DNA of 64,000 bases from an uncultured archaeon (GTDB lineage: Archaea; Thermoproteota; Nitrososphaeria; Nitrososphaerales; Gagatemarchaeaceae), in the NCBI GenBank assembly GCA_963799775.1, contig CAWCYD010000003.1, forward strand, positions 704,001 to 768,000, read 5' to 3'. Both the position numbers and the translations under genes were made by a program. Position 1 is the first letter of the stretch, and each line of letters opens with the position of its first letter. Below the pieces are notes generated by a model. The model did no database searches and was not told where the DNA came from. It saw only the letters and a program-made list of their open reading frames with translations. This document shows positions 10,630-20,856 of this stretch, piece after piece.

Positions 10630-12049
10630 TCATCTCTTCTCTTTGACCCCCACTCCAAGCTTCGAGTAGTCGCCGTTGACGCACGCAAAGCAGAGGCTGT
10701 TCTTCGGCAGCCCTATGGCTTCCGCGAGCCCGTCGATGTCGTTGTAATGGAGCTCGTCCACACCCAGTGAAGCGGCGACCTTGGCGCTGATGACCTCCGA
10801 GTCATCGTCGTTGGGGGCGACCCTGTGGGCGAGCAGCTCTTCCCTGCTGGGGAAGTCTACGCCCATGTAGCATGGGTGCTTTATGGGAGGGAAGGTGATC
10901 GCCATCTTGATGCTCTTCGCTCCTGCTTCCTTGAGCGCATGCACTATGATCTCGGAGCTTGTCCCTCTCACCACGCTGTCGTCGACCACTATCACGTCCT
11001 TGCCCTGGATCGTCTCCTTGATCGGGATGATCCTCCGGACCACCTCTTCCCTCCCCCCTTGCTTGGGCTCGATGAAGCTCCTCATGGTGCCCTTCCGCCT
11101 GTACCTGTCCTTCATCAGCCCCTCGTCCATCGGGATGCCGCTCTCCGTCGAGTACCCGAGGGCCGCCGGTCTGGCTGAGTCTGGCACCGGGATCACGACC
11201 TTCCCCTTCATCTTCCTTCGGCGCGCGAGGATCTTGCCGACGTTCTTCCGGGCCTGGTAGACGTTGACGCCGTCGATCACGGAGGACGGGTGGGCGAAAT
11301 AGGTGTACTCGAACGAGCAATGTGCTGACTCGACCTTCGGGGAGAAGCGGAACGACTCGAAGCCCCTCTTGGCCCTCCGAGGCGTATCATCTCGCCGGGC
11401 TCGACGTCCCTGACGAACTCGGCATCGATTGCGGTGAGGGCGCAGCTCTCCGACGCCGCGATGTGCGTCCCTGACTTCTTCTGGAAGCCTATGCACAGGG
11501 GACGGTAGCCTCTGGGTTCCTCACCGCGAAGACCTCGCCCTGCTTGTTCAGGATGGTGAACGAGTAGGCGCCCTTCACCTCCTTCGCAAGCCGCTCGAAC
11601 GCCCAGAACCAATCGTTCTCCTCCTTCAGCATCTGCAAGAGCCTCTGCCCTACGACCTTTGTGTCGGTGGAGCAGTCGACGCTCGACCGGGAGGCGAGGA
11701 CAGTCTTCTTGAGGTCGTCGGTGTTGAAGATGGTCCCGTTGTGCGCAAGGCTGAACTCGTTCCCGAATTGGATGGGCTGGGCGTTGCCGAGGTTGGACCT
11801 TCCCTTGGTCGAATACCTGATGTGCCCGATCCCTGACGGCCCTTTGTAGCCTGTCAACTCCTGGGCGAAGTTGATCCAGTTGAAGGCCAACCCCATCCTC
11901 TTGAAGACGGGCTGGCCTGGGAGGGCGATCCCCCACGACTCTTGTCCCCTGTGCTGAAGCGCCTCCAAACCCTTGAGTATCTTGGGGACGACGTCCACCC
12001 CTTTTGTGGAGTGGGCCCCGACCACGGCGCAGGCCTCTTTTGCGCCCAT
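10630..12049 (-). CDS. purF: Amidophosphoribosyltransferase (frameshifts near 11500 and 11370)
   Basis: KEACAV N-terminal nucleophile region, LQHRGQE, GHIRYST, CSFEYTYF, VPDS, VDDSVVRGT. Confidence 0.94.
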
Positions 12050-14263
12050 CTAGTCCATCAGCTCCGGGATCGCGCCTTCCCACTTGGACTTGAGGGAGGA
12101 GACGCTCAGCTTCGTGGTCTTGCCGGAAGAGACCAGCGAGAGGGAGTCGCCCCCGACCTTGCCCACGGTGGCGCACCCAATTCCAGAGTCCTTCAACGAG
12201 GCGAGGACAGCCTCCCCGTCTTTGGCCTCGACGACAAACCGCCCGTGAGACTCTGAGAAGAGCGTCTCGATGTCCCTGCCGCAGGAGGTAGGCACCCGGG
12301 AGACGTCGACAGCCACCCCCACCTCGCCAGCGATGGACATCTCTGCTATCGCGACGGCGAGCCCGCCGCCTGAGACGTCGTGGACGGCGGTCACGAGACC
12401 ACCGTGGATCAGCTTCAGGATGGCCCGACAGGTGGCGAGGTCGCTCTTGACGTCTGGGCGAGGGGTCTCCCATGCGCCTTTGGCGATCGGAAAATTGACG
12501 GCGTATTCCGAGCCGCCGAGCTCAGGCCTCGTCGACCCGACGACGATGACAGAGTCGCCTTTCCGCTTGAAAGCCATGGTCATGATGTCCTCTTGCCTCT
12601 CGATCAGGCCCACGACAAGGGCTATCGGGCTGGGCTTTATCGCCCGTCCGGTCGCGGAGTCTTCGTTGTAGAAGCTCACCTTCCCCCCTACGACGGGCAG
12701 ATCGAACGCCTTGCAGTAGTCTGCCATCCCCGTGAGAGACTGCCGGAAAGTCCAGTAGACCTCGGGGTCGGATGGGTCTCCGGACTGGAGGTGGTCGACG
12801 AGCGCTATCGGCTCGGCTCCCACGGAGACGACGTTCCTGCACGCCTCAGCGACGCAGCCGGCCGCCCCGGAGTAGGGTTCGAGTGAGCACTGCTTGCTGT
12901 TGCCGTCCCCCTTGACCGCCAGGAAGCTACCGTTGGGGAGCCTCAAGACGGCGGCATCTCCCTGTCCGGGCTTGACGACGGTCCTCAACCCGACCTCGTG
13001 GTCGTACTGCTGATAGACCCAGCGCTTGCTCGCCACGTTGGGCGAGGTGAGGACCGTTAGCAGGGCGTCCTTGAGGGTGGGCTCGGACTTTGCAGACCGG
13101 CTCTTCGTCGCCCCTATCGGTGCCTTGGGCCGCGCCGACGGCCAGGGGATCAACGGAGCCTCGGTGACGAGCTTCGAAGGCAGGTCGGCGACCACCTTCC
13201 CGTCCCACCGGATGACCAGGTTCGGCCTGGAGGTGACCTTCCCGATCACGGAGTGCGGGACGCCGTACTTGTCAAGGACGGAGACCACACCTCCCTTTGA
13301 GTTCGCCTCTCCGGCCGGCAGGACCAAGAGCATCCTCTCCTGCGACTCTGAGATCATTATCTCGGTGGGCGACATGTCGCCCTCCCTCAGCCTCACCCGC
13401 TTCAGCTCCACATCGACACCGGTCCCGCCCTTCGAGGCGACCTCGGACAAGGCGGTGGAGAGCCCTCCGCCTCCCAGGTCCTTCATCCCTGGATCTTCTG
13501 CCCCTTCGCTATGACCTCGAGGAGCGAGTCCAGGAGGAGCTTCTTGATGAAGGGGTCGGTGGACCTGGACAGATGAGCGGTCGCTGGCCGCGTCTGCCTT
13601 TAGGTTCGCGGACGCGAAGGTGGCCCCCCTGATCCCGTCGCGCCCTGTGCTCCCGCCTATCAGCACCAAGACGTCGCCCTCCTTCTTGGCTTCCCCGAGG
13701 ATCAGGTCGCCCTTCTTTCCGACACCGACGCAGGCCACGTCGACTAGGCAGTTCTTCTCGAAGGAGTCGTCGAACTCTATCTCGCCAGCCACGGTGGGGA
13801 CGCCGACGCAGTTGCCGTAATCCGCTATCCCCCTAACCACGTTCTTGAAGAGCCATCTCGAATGCCCGCTCTCATCGATCAGTCCAAAACGCAAGATGTC
13901 GACCAGGGCGATGGGCCTGCTGGCCACAGAGAGTATGTCCCTCAAGACGCCGCCGATGCCCGTGGCGGCGCCTCCGTATGGGTCCACCGCGGAAGGGTGG
14001 TTGTGGCTCTCGATGTGAAGTGTGACGACGTATCCGCCGCCGACGTCGACCACCCCGGCGTCGTAGCCGGGCCCGAGGACGACCCTCTTTCCTGTCGTGG
14101 GGAAGAGCTTGAGGAGGGCCTTCGACGACTTGTAGCTGCTGTGCTCGGACCACTCGGCGTCTATGATCGACCACTCCGTCTCGTTGGGCTCGCGGCCAAG
14201 GGACTTTCTGACGAACGCCATCTCGTCGGCGGTGAGGCCCAGGCCCAGCTGCTCGGCCTTCAT
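12050..14263 (-). CDS. purL: FGAM synthase large subunit (compensating frameshifts near 13500-13560)
   Basis: WSEHSSYKSS, ESHNHPS, GAATGIGG, DLGGGG, SESQERM, QYDHEV, GGKVSFYNE, HDVSGGG. ATG 14263 overlaps the purQ stop. Confidence 0.95.
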   Translation of the reverse strand: MKAEQLGLGLTADEMAFVRKSLGREPNETEWSIIDAEWSEHSSYKSSKALLKLFPTTGKRVVLGPGYDAGVVDVGGGYVVTLHIESHNHPSAVDPYGGAATGIGGVLRDILSVASRPIALVDILRFGLIDESGHSRWLFKNVVRGIADYGNCVGVPTVAGEIEFDDSFEKNCLVDVACVGVGKKGDLILGEAKKEGDVLVLIGGSTGRDGIRGATFASANLKADAASDRSSVQVHRPLHQEAPPGLAPRGHSEGAEDPGMKDLGGGGLSTALSEVASKGGTGVDVELKRVRLREGDMSPTEIMISESQERMLLVLPAGEANSKGGVVSVLDKYGVPHSVIGKVTSRPNLVIRWDGKVVADLPSKLVTEAPLIPWPSARPKAPIGATKSRSAKSEPTLKDALLTVLTSPNVASKRWVYQQYDHEVGLRTVVKPGQGDAAVLRLPNGSFLAVKGDGNSKQCSLEPYSGAAGCVAEACRNVVSVGAEPIALVDHLQSGDPSDPEVYWTFRQSLTGMADYCKAFDLPVVGGKVSFYNEDSATGRAIKPSPIALVVGLIERQEDIMTMAFKRKGDSVIVVGSTRPELGGSEYAVNFPIAKGAWETPRPDVKSDLATCRAILKLIHGGLVTAVHDVSGGGLAVAIAEMSIAGEVGVAVDVSRVPTSCGRDIETLFSESHGRFVVEAKDGEAVLASLKDSGIGCATVGKVGGDSLSLVSSGKTTKLSVSSLKSKWEGAIPELMD

Positions 14264-14980
14264 GCCCGGCTGCTCCTCTTCCCCCGCGTCACCAGAGACG
14301 AGAGCATCAGCGCACCATCGTGCAGGCCCAGGGGGCTCAGAAGCGCCTCGGCGGCCCTTTCCGGATGGGGCATCAGACCGACGACGTTGCCCGGCTTGTT
14401 GCACACGCCCGCGATGTTGTGGAGCGTCCCGGTGGGATTGCTCTGCTCGGTGACCTTCCCTGAGGCGTCGCAGTATCTGAAGACGACGAGCCCGTCCTTC
14501 TCGAGATTCGCGAGCTCCGCGTGCGGCAGGAAGAACCTCCCCTCACCGTGGGCGATCGGCATCGACATGAGCCTGGCCCTGCGTGAGGCCCGTGGTGAAG
14601 GCCGTGTGCGCGTTCTCGACCCGCACGTTCGTCCACTTGCAGGCGAACTTCAGGGTCGAGTTGCGGAGGAGCGCGCCAGGAAGAAGGCCGCTCTCAACCA
14701 GGATCTGGAAGCCGTTGCAGACGCCCAGCACAGGCACCCCTCTCTCTGCGAGACGCTTGACTGACGCCATGGCAGGAGAGTTGGCAGCGATAGCTCCCGC
14801 CCTCAGCCGGTCTGCGAAGGCGAAGCCGCCCGGCAAGACGACTGCACCGTAGTCACCGCGCCCAAGGAGAGCGTCCTCGTGCCACACGAGAACGGGTTCG
14901 ACCCCCTTGATCAATCGCAGGGCCTGGACCATGTCGAGGTCGCAGTTGCTCCCGGGGAAGCGGATGACCGCTACCTTCAC
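14260..14980 (-). CDS. purQ: FGAM synthase glutaminase subunit (frameshift near 14570)
   Basis: FPGSNCD, LPGGF, GVCNGFQ, then PIAHGEG and GLMPHPER. Confidence 0.94.
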
Positions 14981-15267
14981 GTGCTCGGCGCCTTCCCGAC
15001 TGTAACTTCGCAGGAGTGCGCTGCTGGATTGAAGATGCGAAGGTCGTTGCACATCTTCTCGACGAGGCGCTTTGCGGAGGATTGGTCGGGAGCGACGACC
15101 TTCACCCTGAGATATTTCCCCGCGCGGATCGATTGGACCTGCCCGAAGCCAGACTTTGCGACAAGGTCGTGGAGGATGGTCTCGCCCTCGGGCTCCCGCA
15201 CGCCCGGCTTGTTGGAGATGACCACGCTCACCTCGAACGTCCGACTTTTAGTCGTAATTCCCGCCAA
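14977..15267 (-). CDS. purS: FGAM synthase small subunit
   Basis: KPGVREPEGET, IRAGKY, IFNP; position directly upstream of purQ. Confidence 0.9.
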   Translation of the reverse strand: MAGITTKSRTFEVSVVISNKPGVREPEGETILHDLVAKSGFGQVQSIRAGKYLRVKVVAPDQSSAKRLVEKMCNDLRIFNPAAHSCEVTVGKAPST

Positions 15268-15384
15268 TTTTCCGCGTCTATTTAAATCGAATTTGGCACG
15301 TTCCTGTTAAACGGCGCATCACACCGATAGGGCGAAATAGCCATCGCATGGAGCACGCAAGCGTAACACCGGTAGGTCGATCGA

Positions 15385-17013
15385 GTGCCAAAGTCAAGCG
15401 GCGACGTCAAGGTGAGGACCGCGGTTCTGAGCGTCGCAGACAAGTCAGGTCTGACAGACTTCGCGAGAGGGCTGCGTTCCTTTGGGGTGTCTCTGCTCGC
15501 GACGGGAGGGACGCACTCGGCGCTCAAGGAGGCCGGGGTCGAGGTCAGGAGCCTCACAGAGGCGATGGGTCTCTCGGAGGCGCTCTCTGGCCGGGTGAAG
15601 ACGCTCCACTCCAATCTGTTCGCGGGCATACTGGCGAGGAGAGACGACCCTGGGCACATGAGGGAGCTGAGGGAGATGGGAGTCTCGCCGATCGACATGG
15701 TGGTGTGCAACTTCTACCAGTTCGAGAAGGTCGCCCGCGACCCGAAGGCCACCGAGCAGACCGTCCTCGAGAACATCGACATCGGGGGCCCGTCGATGGT
15801 CAGGGCATCGACCAAGAACTGCCTGTTCGTGACCGTCGTGCCGTCCCCCAAGTTCTACGGCCCCGTTCTGGAGGAGCTCTCCAAGAGGCGCGGCAGCGTC
15901 GGGCTGGAGCTCAGAAAGTCCCTGGCGGTGGAGGCGTTCGCCTCGACCGCCTCATATGACGCCGTCATCTACGACGAGCTTAGGCGGAGGTTCCGCGCCG
16001 TCGAGGAAGAGAAGTTCCCACCGAAGTTCGTCCTCTCGGCCACCAAGTACGAGGACGCGAGATACGGAGAGAACCCGGACCAAGAGGCAGCCATCTACTC
16101 GATAGACGGGGCGCAGAGCATGACGCGGTGGGAGCAGCTCTCCGGCGACCCGCTCTCTTTCAACAACTACCTCGACATCGGCAGCGCGTACGGGCTGCTC
16201 GAGGGGTTCGAGCACGTTCCCACCGCCGCGACCGTGAAGCACGGTCAGATAAGCGGGTTCGCCTGCGCACCGAGGATAGCGAGGGCGTACGAGTTCGCGC
16301 ACGCCTGCGACCCCGAGGCAGACTTCGGCGGGACGGTGGTCCTGAACAGGAACGCGGACCTCGCCGCGGCGAGGCTGATCGGGAAGAACGAGGGCAAGAA
16401 GGACGACTCGGTCTACACCGAGATAGTCATCGCGCCTTCCTTCGACACCGATGCGATGAAGCTCCTAGAGTCGAAGCAGAAGAAGAAGATACGCATGATC
16501 CAGGCGGCTGAGAGGGCATTCTACGAATACGATTTGAAGGAGCTGGAGGGGGCGCTCCTTCTCCAGGAGCCGGCAGACTACCGCAAGAAGCTGGACCGGA
16601 GCAGGCTGACCTTCCCCACAAAGGCGAAGCCCGACGACGCGACTGTCCAGAAGCTCCTGGCGAGCTGGGAGGTGGTGAGGCGAGTCCAGTCCAACGGCAT
16701 CGTGATCGCCGACGGCAAGGTTGGGAGGGGGGGCGCCCTGGACGAGTTCTGGACAATCGGGGTCGCGAGCTTCAGGAAGAGGAGCGGCGCCGTCAAGATA
16801 GCCCTGGACAACGCGGGAGCGCGTGCGAAGGGCGCCGTCTGCGCCTCGGACGGGTTCTTCCCGTTCAGGGACAACGTGGACCTGTTGGGGGCCGCCGGGG
16901 TCAGGGCGGTGATCCAGCCAGGTGGGTCTATCAGCGATGAGGAGGTCGTAAAGGCGGCGGACGACTATGGGATCGCGATGGCGATCACCCACGTGCGAGC
17001 CTTCAAACACTAG
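15385..17013 (+). CDS. purH: Bifunctional AICAR transformylase/IMP cyclohydrolase
   Basis: LSVADK, ATGGT, GRVKTLH, ENIDIGGPSM, RYGENP, SFNNYLD, ASDGFFPF, IQPGGS, RAFKH. Confidence 0.95.
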   Translation: MPKSSGDVKVRTAVLSVADKSGLTDFARGLRSFGVSLLATGGTHSALKEAGVEVRSLTEAMGLSEALSGRVKTLHSNLFAGILARRDDPGHMRELREMGVSPIDMVVCNFYQFEKVARDPKATEQTVLENIDIGGPSMVRASTKNCLFVTVVPSPKFYGPVLEELSKRRGSVGLELRKSLAVEAFASTASYDAVIYDELRRRFRAVEEEKFPPKFVLSATKYEDARYGENPDQEAAIYSIDGAQSMTRWEQLSGDPLSFNNYLDIGSAYGLLEGFEHVPTAATVKHGQISGFACAPRIARAYEFAHACDPEADFGGTVVLNRNADLAAARLIGKNEGKKDDSVYTEIVIAPSFDTDAMKLLESKQKKKIRMIQAAERAFYEYDLKELEGALLLQEPADYRKKLDRSRLTFPTKAKPDDATVQKLLASWEVVRRVQSNGIVIADGKVGRGGALDEFWTIGVASFRKRSGAVKIALDNAGARAKGAVCASDGFFPFRDNVDLLGAAGVRAVIQPGGSISDEEVVKAADDYGIAMAITHVRAFKH

Positions 17014-17042
17014 AGCCATCATCGATATATCTTAAATCGCCG

Positions 17043-17648
17043 ATGGCTCGGGGTGGGTCTCGGAGCGATTTGAGCACTCTTCGGGATATGGTGAACGTCT
17101 CAGTCATGGTCGCGGTCGCCATGGTCGCCCTGCTGGTCTCCGTGCCCGCTGTCCAAGCCGCCAGCTACTCGGTGAGCCTCCAGACGGACTCGCCTTCATA
17201 TGCCGGGACGACGCCGATCGTCATCACGGGGACGGTAACTCCGGCACCTGGGTCGGGCACGGGCATCATAATCACGATAAAGAACTCCGCGGGGACTGTG
17301 GCGGACATCGATGAGGCGTTCCCCAACCCTGTGACAGGGACTTTCAACTACACCTCTTACCCCGGCGGGAACCCTGCCTGGACCAGCGGGGTGTTCTCCG
17401 TCAATGCGACGTGGGGAGGCAACTCGGGGACGGCATCCCAGGTGGTCACGTTCACGTACGCGGTCACGTCGACCACCACTACGACGACCACAACCACCAC
17501 AACCACCACCAGCACGGGCGTCACACAGACGAACGCACCTGAGTTCCCTGCAACCGCAGTGCCGGTCGTGACACTGGTCGCGATTGCTGCGATCGCGGTG
17601 CTCCTGCGAAGAGTCTCCTTGAGGCCTGCGACCCCAGTCAGCCTCTAG
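17043..17648 (+). CDS. Secreted/surface protein with Thr-rich linker and PEF-type C-terminal sorting signal
   Basis: Signal peptide ending VQA-A, beta-rich domain, poly-Thr, then APEFP + hydrophobic helix + RR. Confidence 0.75.
   Translation: MARGGSRSDLSTLRDMVNVSVMVAVAMVALLVSVPAVQAASYSVSLQTDSPSYAGTTPIVITGTVTPAPGSGTGIIITIKNSAGTVADIDEAFPNPVTGTFNYTSYPGGNPAWTSGVFSVNATWGGNSGTASQVVTFTYAVTSTTTTTTTTTTTTTSTGVTQTNAPEFPATAVPVVTLVAIAAIAVLLRRVSLRPATPVSL
17464..17513 (+). repeat. ACN codon run encoding poly-threonine linker
   Basis: acc act acg acg acc aca acc acc aca acc acc acc, in frame within the surface protein. Confidence 0.85.
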
Positions 17649-17726
17649 TCGTGCGGTCTCCTCTCAGTTTTCACCACGTGTAAACGCGTTAAATATGGAG
17701 CGCTCGCGGGCGAGCCCTACAGCGAT

Positions 17727-18887
17727 TTGCCAATGAAACCAGAGCAGCTAATGCGCACACCTGTGTCAGAGCTCAGCACTGACGCCCAGACCTTTCCGTC
17801 CAGCGAGCCCGTCTCGAAGATAATGGGCTACTTTAGCGAGTCGAAGATGCTCGAGGCCTTCGTGGATGATGGCGACGGCGCCACAAGCGTCGTCTCGATA
17901 CGGGGCCTTCTGGACGTAAACAACCTCGAGACGAAGCTCTCCGCGATCATGCACCAAGTGGCCCGCCTCGGTCCCAACAACAACGTGAGCGACGCTGCCA
18001 CGCTGATGCGCGAGTTCAGGACCCGCTCCCTGCCGATCTATAGTGGGAAGAAGCTTGCAGGGAGGATCACCTCCCCGTCGATAGTGGCGAAGCTCCTCGA
18101 CACCGACATGCCTGGGAAGATATCCTCGATCATGACTCCCAGTCCCATAACCCTGGATGCCTCCGACAAGGTATCCCAAGCAAGGGACATCATGATCAAG
18201 AAGAGGATCGACCAGGTGCCTATCACCAAGAAGGGTAGCCTCGATGGCATCGTGAGAGTAGACGAGATCGTCTTCAACCTCATGCCAAAGGCAGAGAGGG
18301 CGGCGAAGGGAGACAGCCCGAGAGGGAGGTATGCCGAGGAACTAGGGATGTTCGGAGGTGACGTGGTCATAACGAACGAGGTCACGGACTCCTTGCGGGA
18401 GGTCTACCAGAACATCTTGAAGAGCGGCTCCAACTACTCGGTGATAACGACGGACGACGAGATCCAGGGCATAGTGACCTATCGCGATTTCCTTACCGTG
18501 CTGACGAAGAAGGCCTCGAGCACGGTCCCCATGTACATCGTGGGGCTCCCTGAAGACCCGTTCGAGGCAGAGACGGCAAGGAGCAAGTTCCAGAGCGCCG
18601 TCGAGTTCCTGCGCAGGAGCACGCCGGACCTCGAGGAGGCGAGGGCGACGATAAAGATGGGCGTGACAAAGTCACCCAAGAAGAAGTACCAGGTGAAGGT
18701 GTTCTTGGTCTACCCTAGACGACACCTGTCCTACGAGATATTCTCGTATGAGCTGGCGGACGCGTTCGACCACGTGAACGGGTGGATGAAAGAGGTCATC
18801 GAGAGGTCGAGGCCCAGGAGGAGTTCCAGAGGCTCCAACTCCAGGTCCTTCCCGGAAGACTTCCGTCCAGAGACGGCCCCGGGCTAG
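17727..18887 (+). CDS. Four-CBS-domain protein with C-terminal HPF/RaiA-like domain (candidate ribosome hibernation factor)
   Basis: Repeated CBS motifs (LMRTPV, IMTPSPITL, IQGIVTYRD), then a ~100-aa alpha/beta domain ending YELADAFDHVNGWMKEVIERSRPRR. Confidence 0.7.
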   Translation: MPMKPEQLMRTPVSELSTDAQTFPSSEPVSKIMGYFSESKMLEAFVDDGDGATSVVSIRGLLDVNNLETKLSAIMHQVARLGPNNNVSDAATLMREFRTRSLPIYSGKKLAGRITSPSIVAKLLDTDMPGKISSIMTPSPITLDASDKVSQARDIMIKKRIDQVPITKKGSLDGIVRVDEIVFNLMPKAERAAKGDSPRGRYAEELGMFGGDVVITNEVTDSLREVYQNILKSGSNYSVITTDDEIQGIVTYRDFLTVLTKKASSTVPMYIVGLPEDPFEAETARSKFQSAVEFLRRSTPDLEEARATIKMGVTKSPKKKYQVKVFLVYPRRHLSYEIFSYELADAFDHVNGWMKEVIERSRPRRSSRGSNSRSFPEDFRPETAPG

Positions 18888-18915
18888 TCCGTGGTGAGAG
18901 AGGCCCTCAGATAGC

Positions 18916-19938
18916 GTGAGCGCGGTCAAAGGCTTTCCCAGACGCACTCCGGAAATATCAGAAGGTAGAGGGGCAAAGCGGGCAAGCACCGAGATGGCAC
19001 CTCCCGCAAAGGCAGGCAAGGCCCGGTCACTCCTGTCGGTCTCCGACCTCTCTGCGCGTGAGCTCACCGGGATGTTCGAGAGGATGAAGTCGATCAAGCC
19101 GGCCATCAGACGGCGGGACACGCTGTCCGACCTGAAGGGAAGAGCGGTCGGACTCTTCTTCGAGAAGCCATCCACGCGGACAAGGACCAGCTTCGAGGTC
19201 GCGACGGTGCGCCTGGGAGGCCATCCGGTCTACCTGGCGGCTGACGAGCTTCAGGCAAGCAGAGGCGAGCCTGTCCGCGACACTGCGAGGATCCTCGGCA
19301 GCTACCTGGACGTGATCGTCGGGAGGGTCTACTCCCACGAGACGTTGAGAGAGATGTCTCTGTACTCTGGAATCCCCGTCCTGAACGCGCTCAGCGAGCT
19401 GGAGCACCCCACCCAGGTCATCTCCGACCTTTTCACCATAATCGAGACGAAGGGCAAGCTCCAAGGCCTCACCCTCGCGTTCATAGGAGACGGGGACAAC
19501 GTGTGCAACTCGCTTCTCCTGGGAACTTCGCTCATGGGAATGAACATGGTGGCCGCCTGTCCCCCTGCATATGCCCCCAGCCCTGACGTAGTGCGCAGGG
19601 CGGAAGAGAACGCGAGGAAATCAGGGTGCAAGATGAGGATAGTTGAAGACCCGAAGGAGGCGGCTGTGGACTCCGACGTGCTCTACACCGACGTCTGGGT
19701 CAGCATGGGAGAAGAGAAGGAGAAGGGCAGGAGGATGCGCGCCTTCCAGGGGTTCCAGATCAACTCCGAGATACTGAAGCTGGCTTCGAGGGACGCGATT
19801 GTCATGCACTGCCTGCCGGCGCACAGGGGACTCGAGATAACGAACGACGTCATCGAAGGGAAGCAGTCCGTTGTCTGGCGACAGGCCGAGAACAAGCTCT
19901 ACGGGGCAGCAGTCTCGCTGGACTTTGTGGTCAGGTAG
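18916..19938 (+). CDS. argF: Ornithine carbamoyltransferase
   Basis: FEKPSTRTRTSF, HPTQ, GDGDNV, YTDVWVSMG, HCLPAHRG, QAENK. Confidence 0.96.
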   Translation: MSAVKGFPRRTPEISEGRGAKRASTEMAPPAKAGKARSLLSVSDLSARELTGMFERMKSIKPAIRRRDTLSDLKGRAVGLFFEKPSTRTRTSFEVATVRLGGHPVYLAADELQASRGEPVRDTARILGSYLDVIVGRVYSHETLREMSLYSGIPVLNALSELEHPTQVISDLFTIIETKGKLQGLTLAFIGDGDNVCNSLLLGTSLMGMNMVAACPPAYAPSPDVVRRAEENARKSGCKMRIVEDPKEAAVDSDVLYTDVWVSMGEEKEKGRRMRAFQGFQINSEILKLASRDAIVMHCLPAHRGLEITNDVIEGKQSVVWRQAENKLYGAAVSLDFVVR

Positions 19939-20033
19939 CAGGCCGCAGTTTGCTCGAATGGCGCAATTACGGCCCGCTCGACAACGACTTCGGGAAAGCA
20001 TATCTATCTTAAGGCGGGCACTCCCTCCACAGG

Positions 20034-20843
20034 TTGCGAATCAGGGACGCGCTCCCGCACGTCTTCAACAGGGCCTATCCGGTCCTTGACCCGAAGATGC
20101 CCATGCTCCCTGCCGTCTCGATGCTCCGTTTCCAGCAGATCGACGGCCTCCCGTTGGTGATCGAGACGGCGGCAGGCCGGCCGCGCGCCTTGCACGGATA
20201 CTCGCTCCTGAAGAGGATACTCGCCCTGGAGCAGGGAGGGTTCTGGAAGTTCATCGAGAGGCCGTGTGAGGACGCGGCCCAGAGCATCGGCGCGGTCTCC
20301 GCCCAGGACGACATTGAGAGGCTCTTCGACGTCTTCCTCAAGGAGAGATTCGGCTTCGCCTGGATCAGCGAGACAGAGAAGACGGGTGCCCCGGTGAGCC
20401 TGGCGGACGTCCTAGAGCTTTACAACACGGGGCTGATAGAATCAGACCTGCAGGTCAAGGACGTGGCATCCCCCGTCTTCGCGCTCCCCGGGATGACGCC
20501 GTTGAGGAAGGCGCTGCTCTTCATGTTCAGCCACAGGTTCAGGAGGGTCTTCCTCTCCGCGGGTGGCGCCTTCATATCGGACAGGAGCATAATCAGCCAC
20601 ATATTCAGCCCGGCCGTGCTGCACGACCTAGCCGCGAAGCCGGACAGCCTCCTGGAGAGGCCCATTGCAGAGATAGAGAAGAGCAGGTCCAGACGCGTGC
20701 CGGGACGGACTACGCTGAAGGCCGCCGCTGGCGCCCTGGCAGGAGACTTCGGACAGTGCCTCACTTCGAAGGGCTCTGTCATCACCCCGTGGGACATTAT
20801 CATGAAGCCGTGGGTCGAGAAGAAGCTCAGGATAAACGAGTGA
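20034..20843 (+). CDS. Degenerate CBS-domain protein
   Basis: VKDVASPV, FRRVFL, VITPWDI resemble CBS motifs. TATA-like TCTTAAG just upstream. Confidence 0.6.
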   Translation: MRIRDALPHVFNRAYPVLDPKMPMLPAVSMLRFQQIDGLPLVIETAAGRPRALHGYSLLKRILALEQGGFWKFIERPCEDAAQSIGAVSAQDDIERLFDVFLKERFGFAWISETEKTGAPVSLADVLELYNTGLIESDLQVKDVASPVFALPGMTPLRKALLFMFSHRFRRVFLSAGGAFISDRSIISHIFSPAVLHDLAAKPDSLLERPIAEIEKSRSRRVPGRTTLKAAAGALAGDFGQCLTSKGSVITPWDIIMKPWVEKKLRINE

Positions 20844-20856
20844 GCGGGATGGAGAT

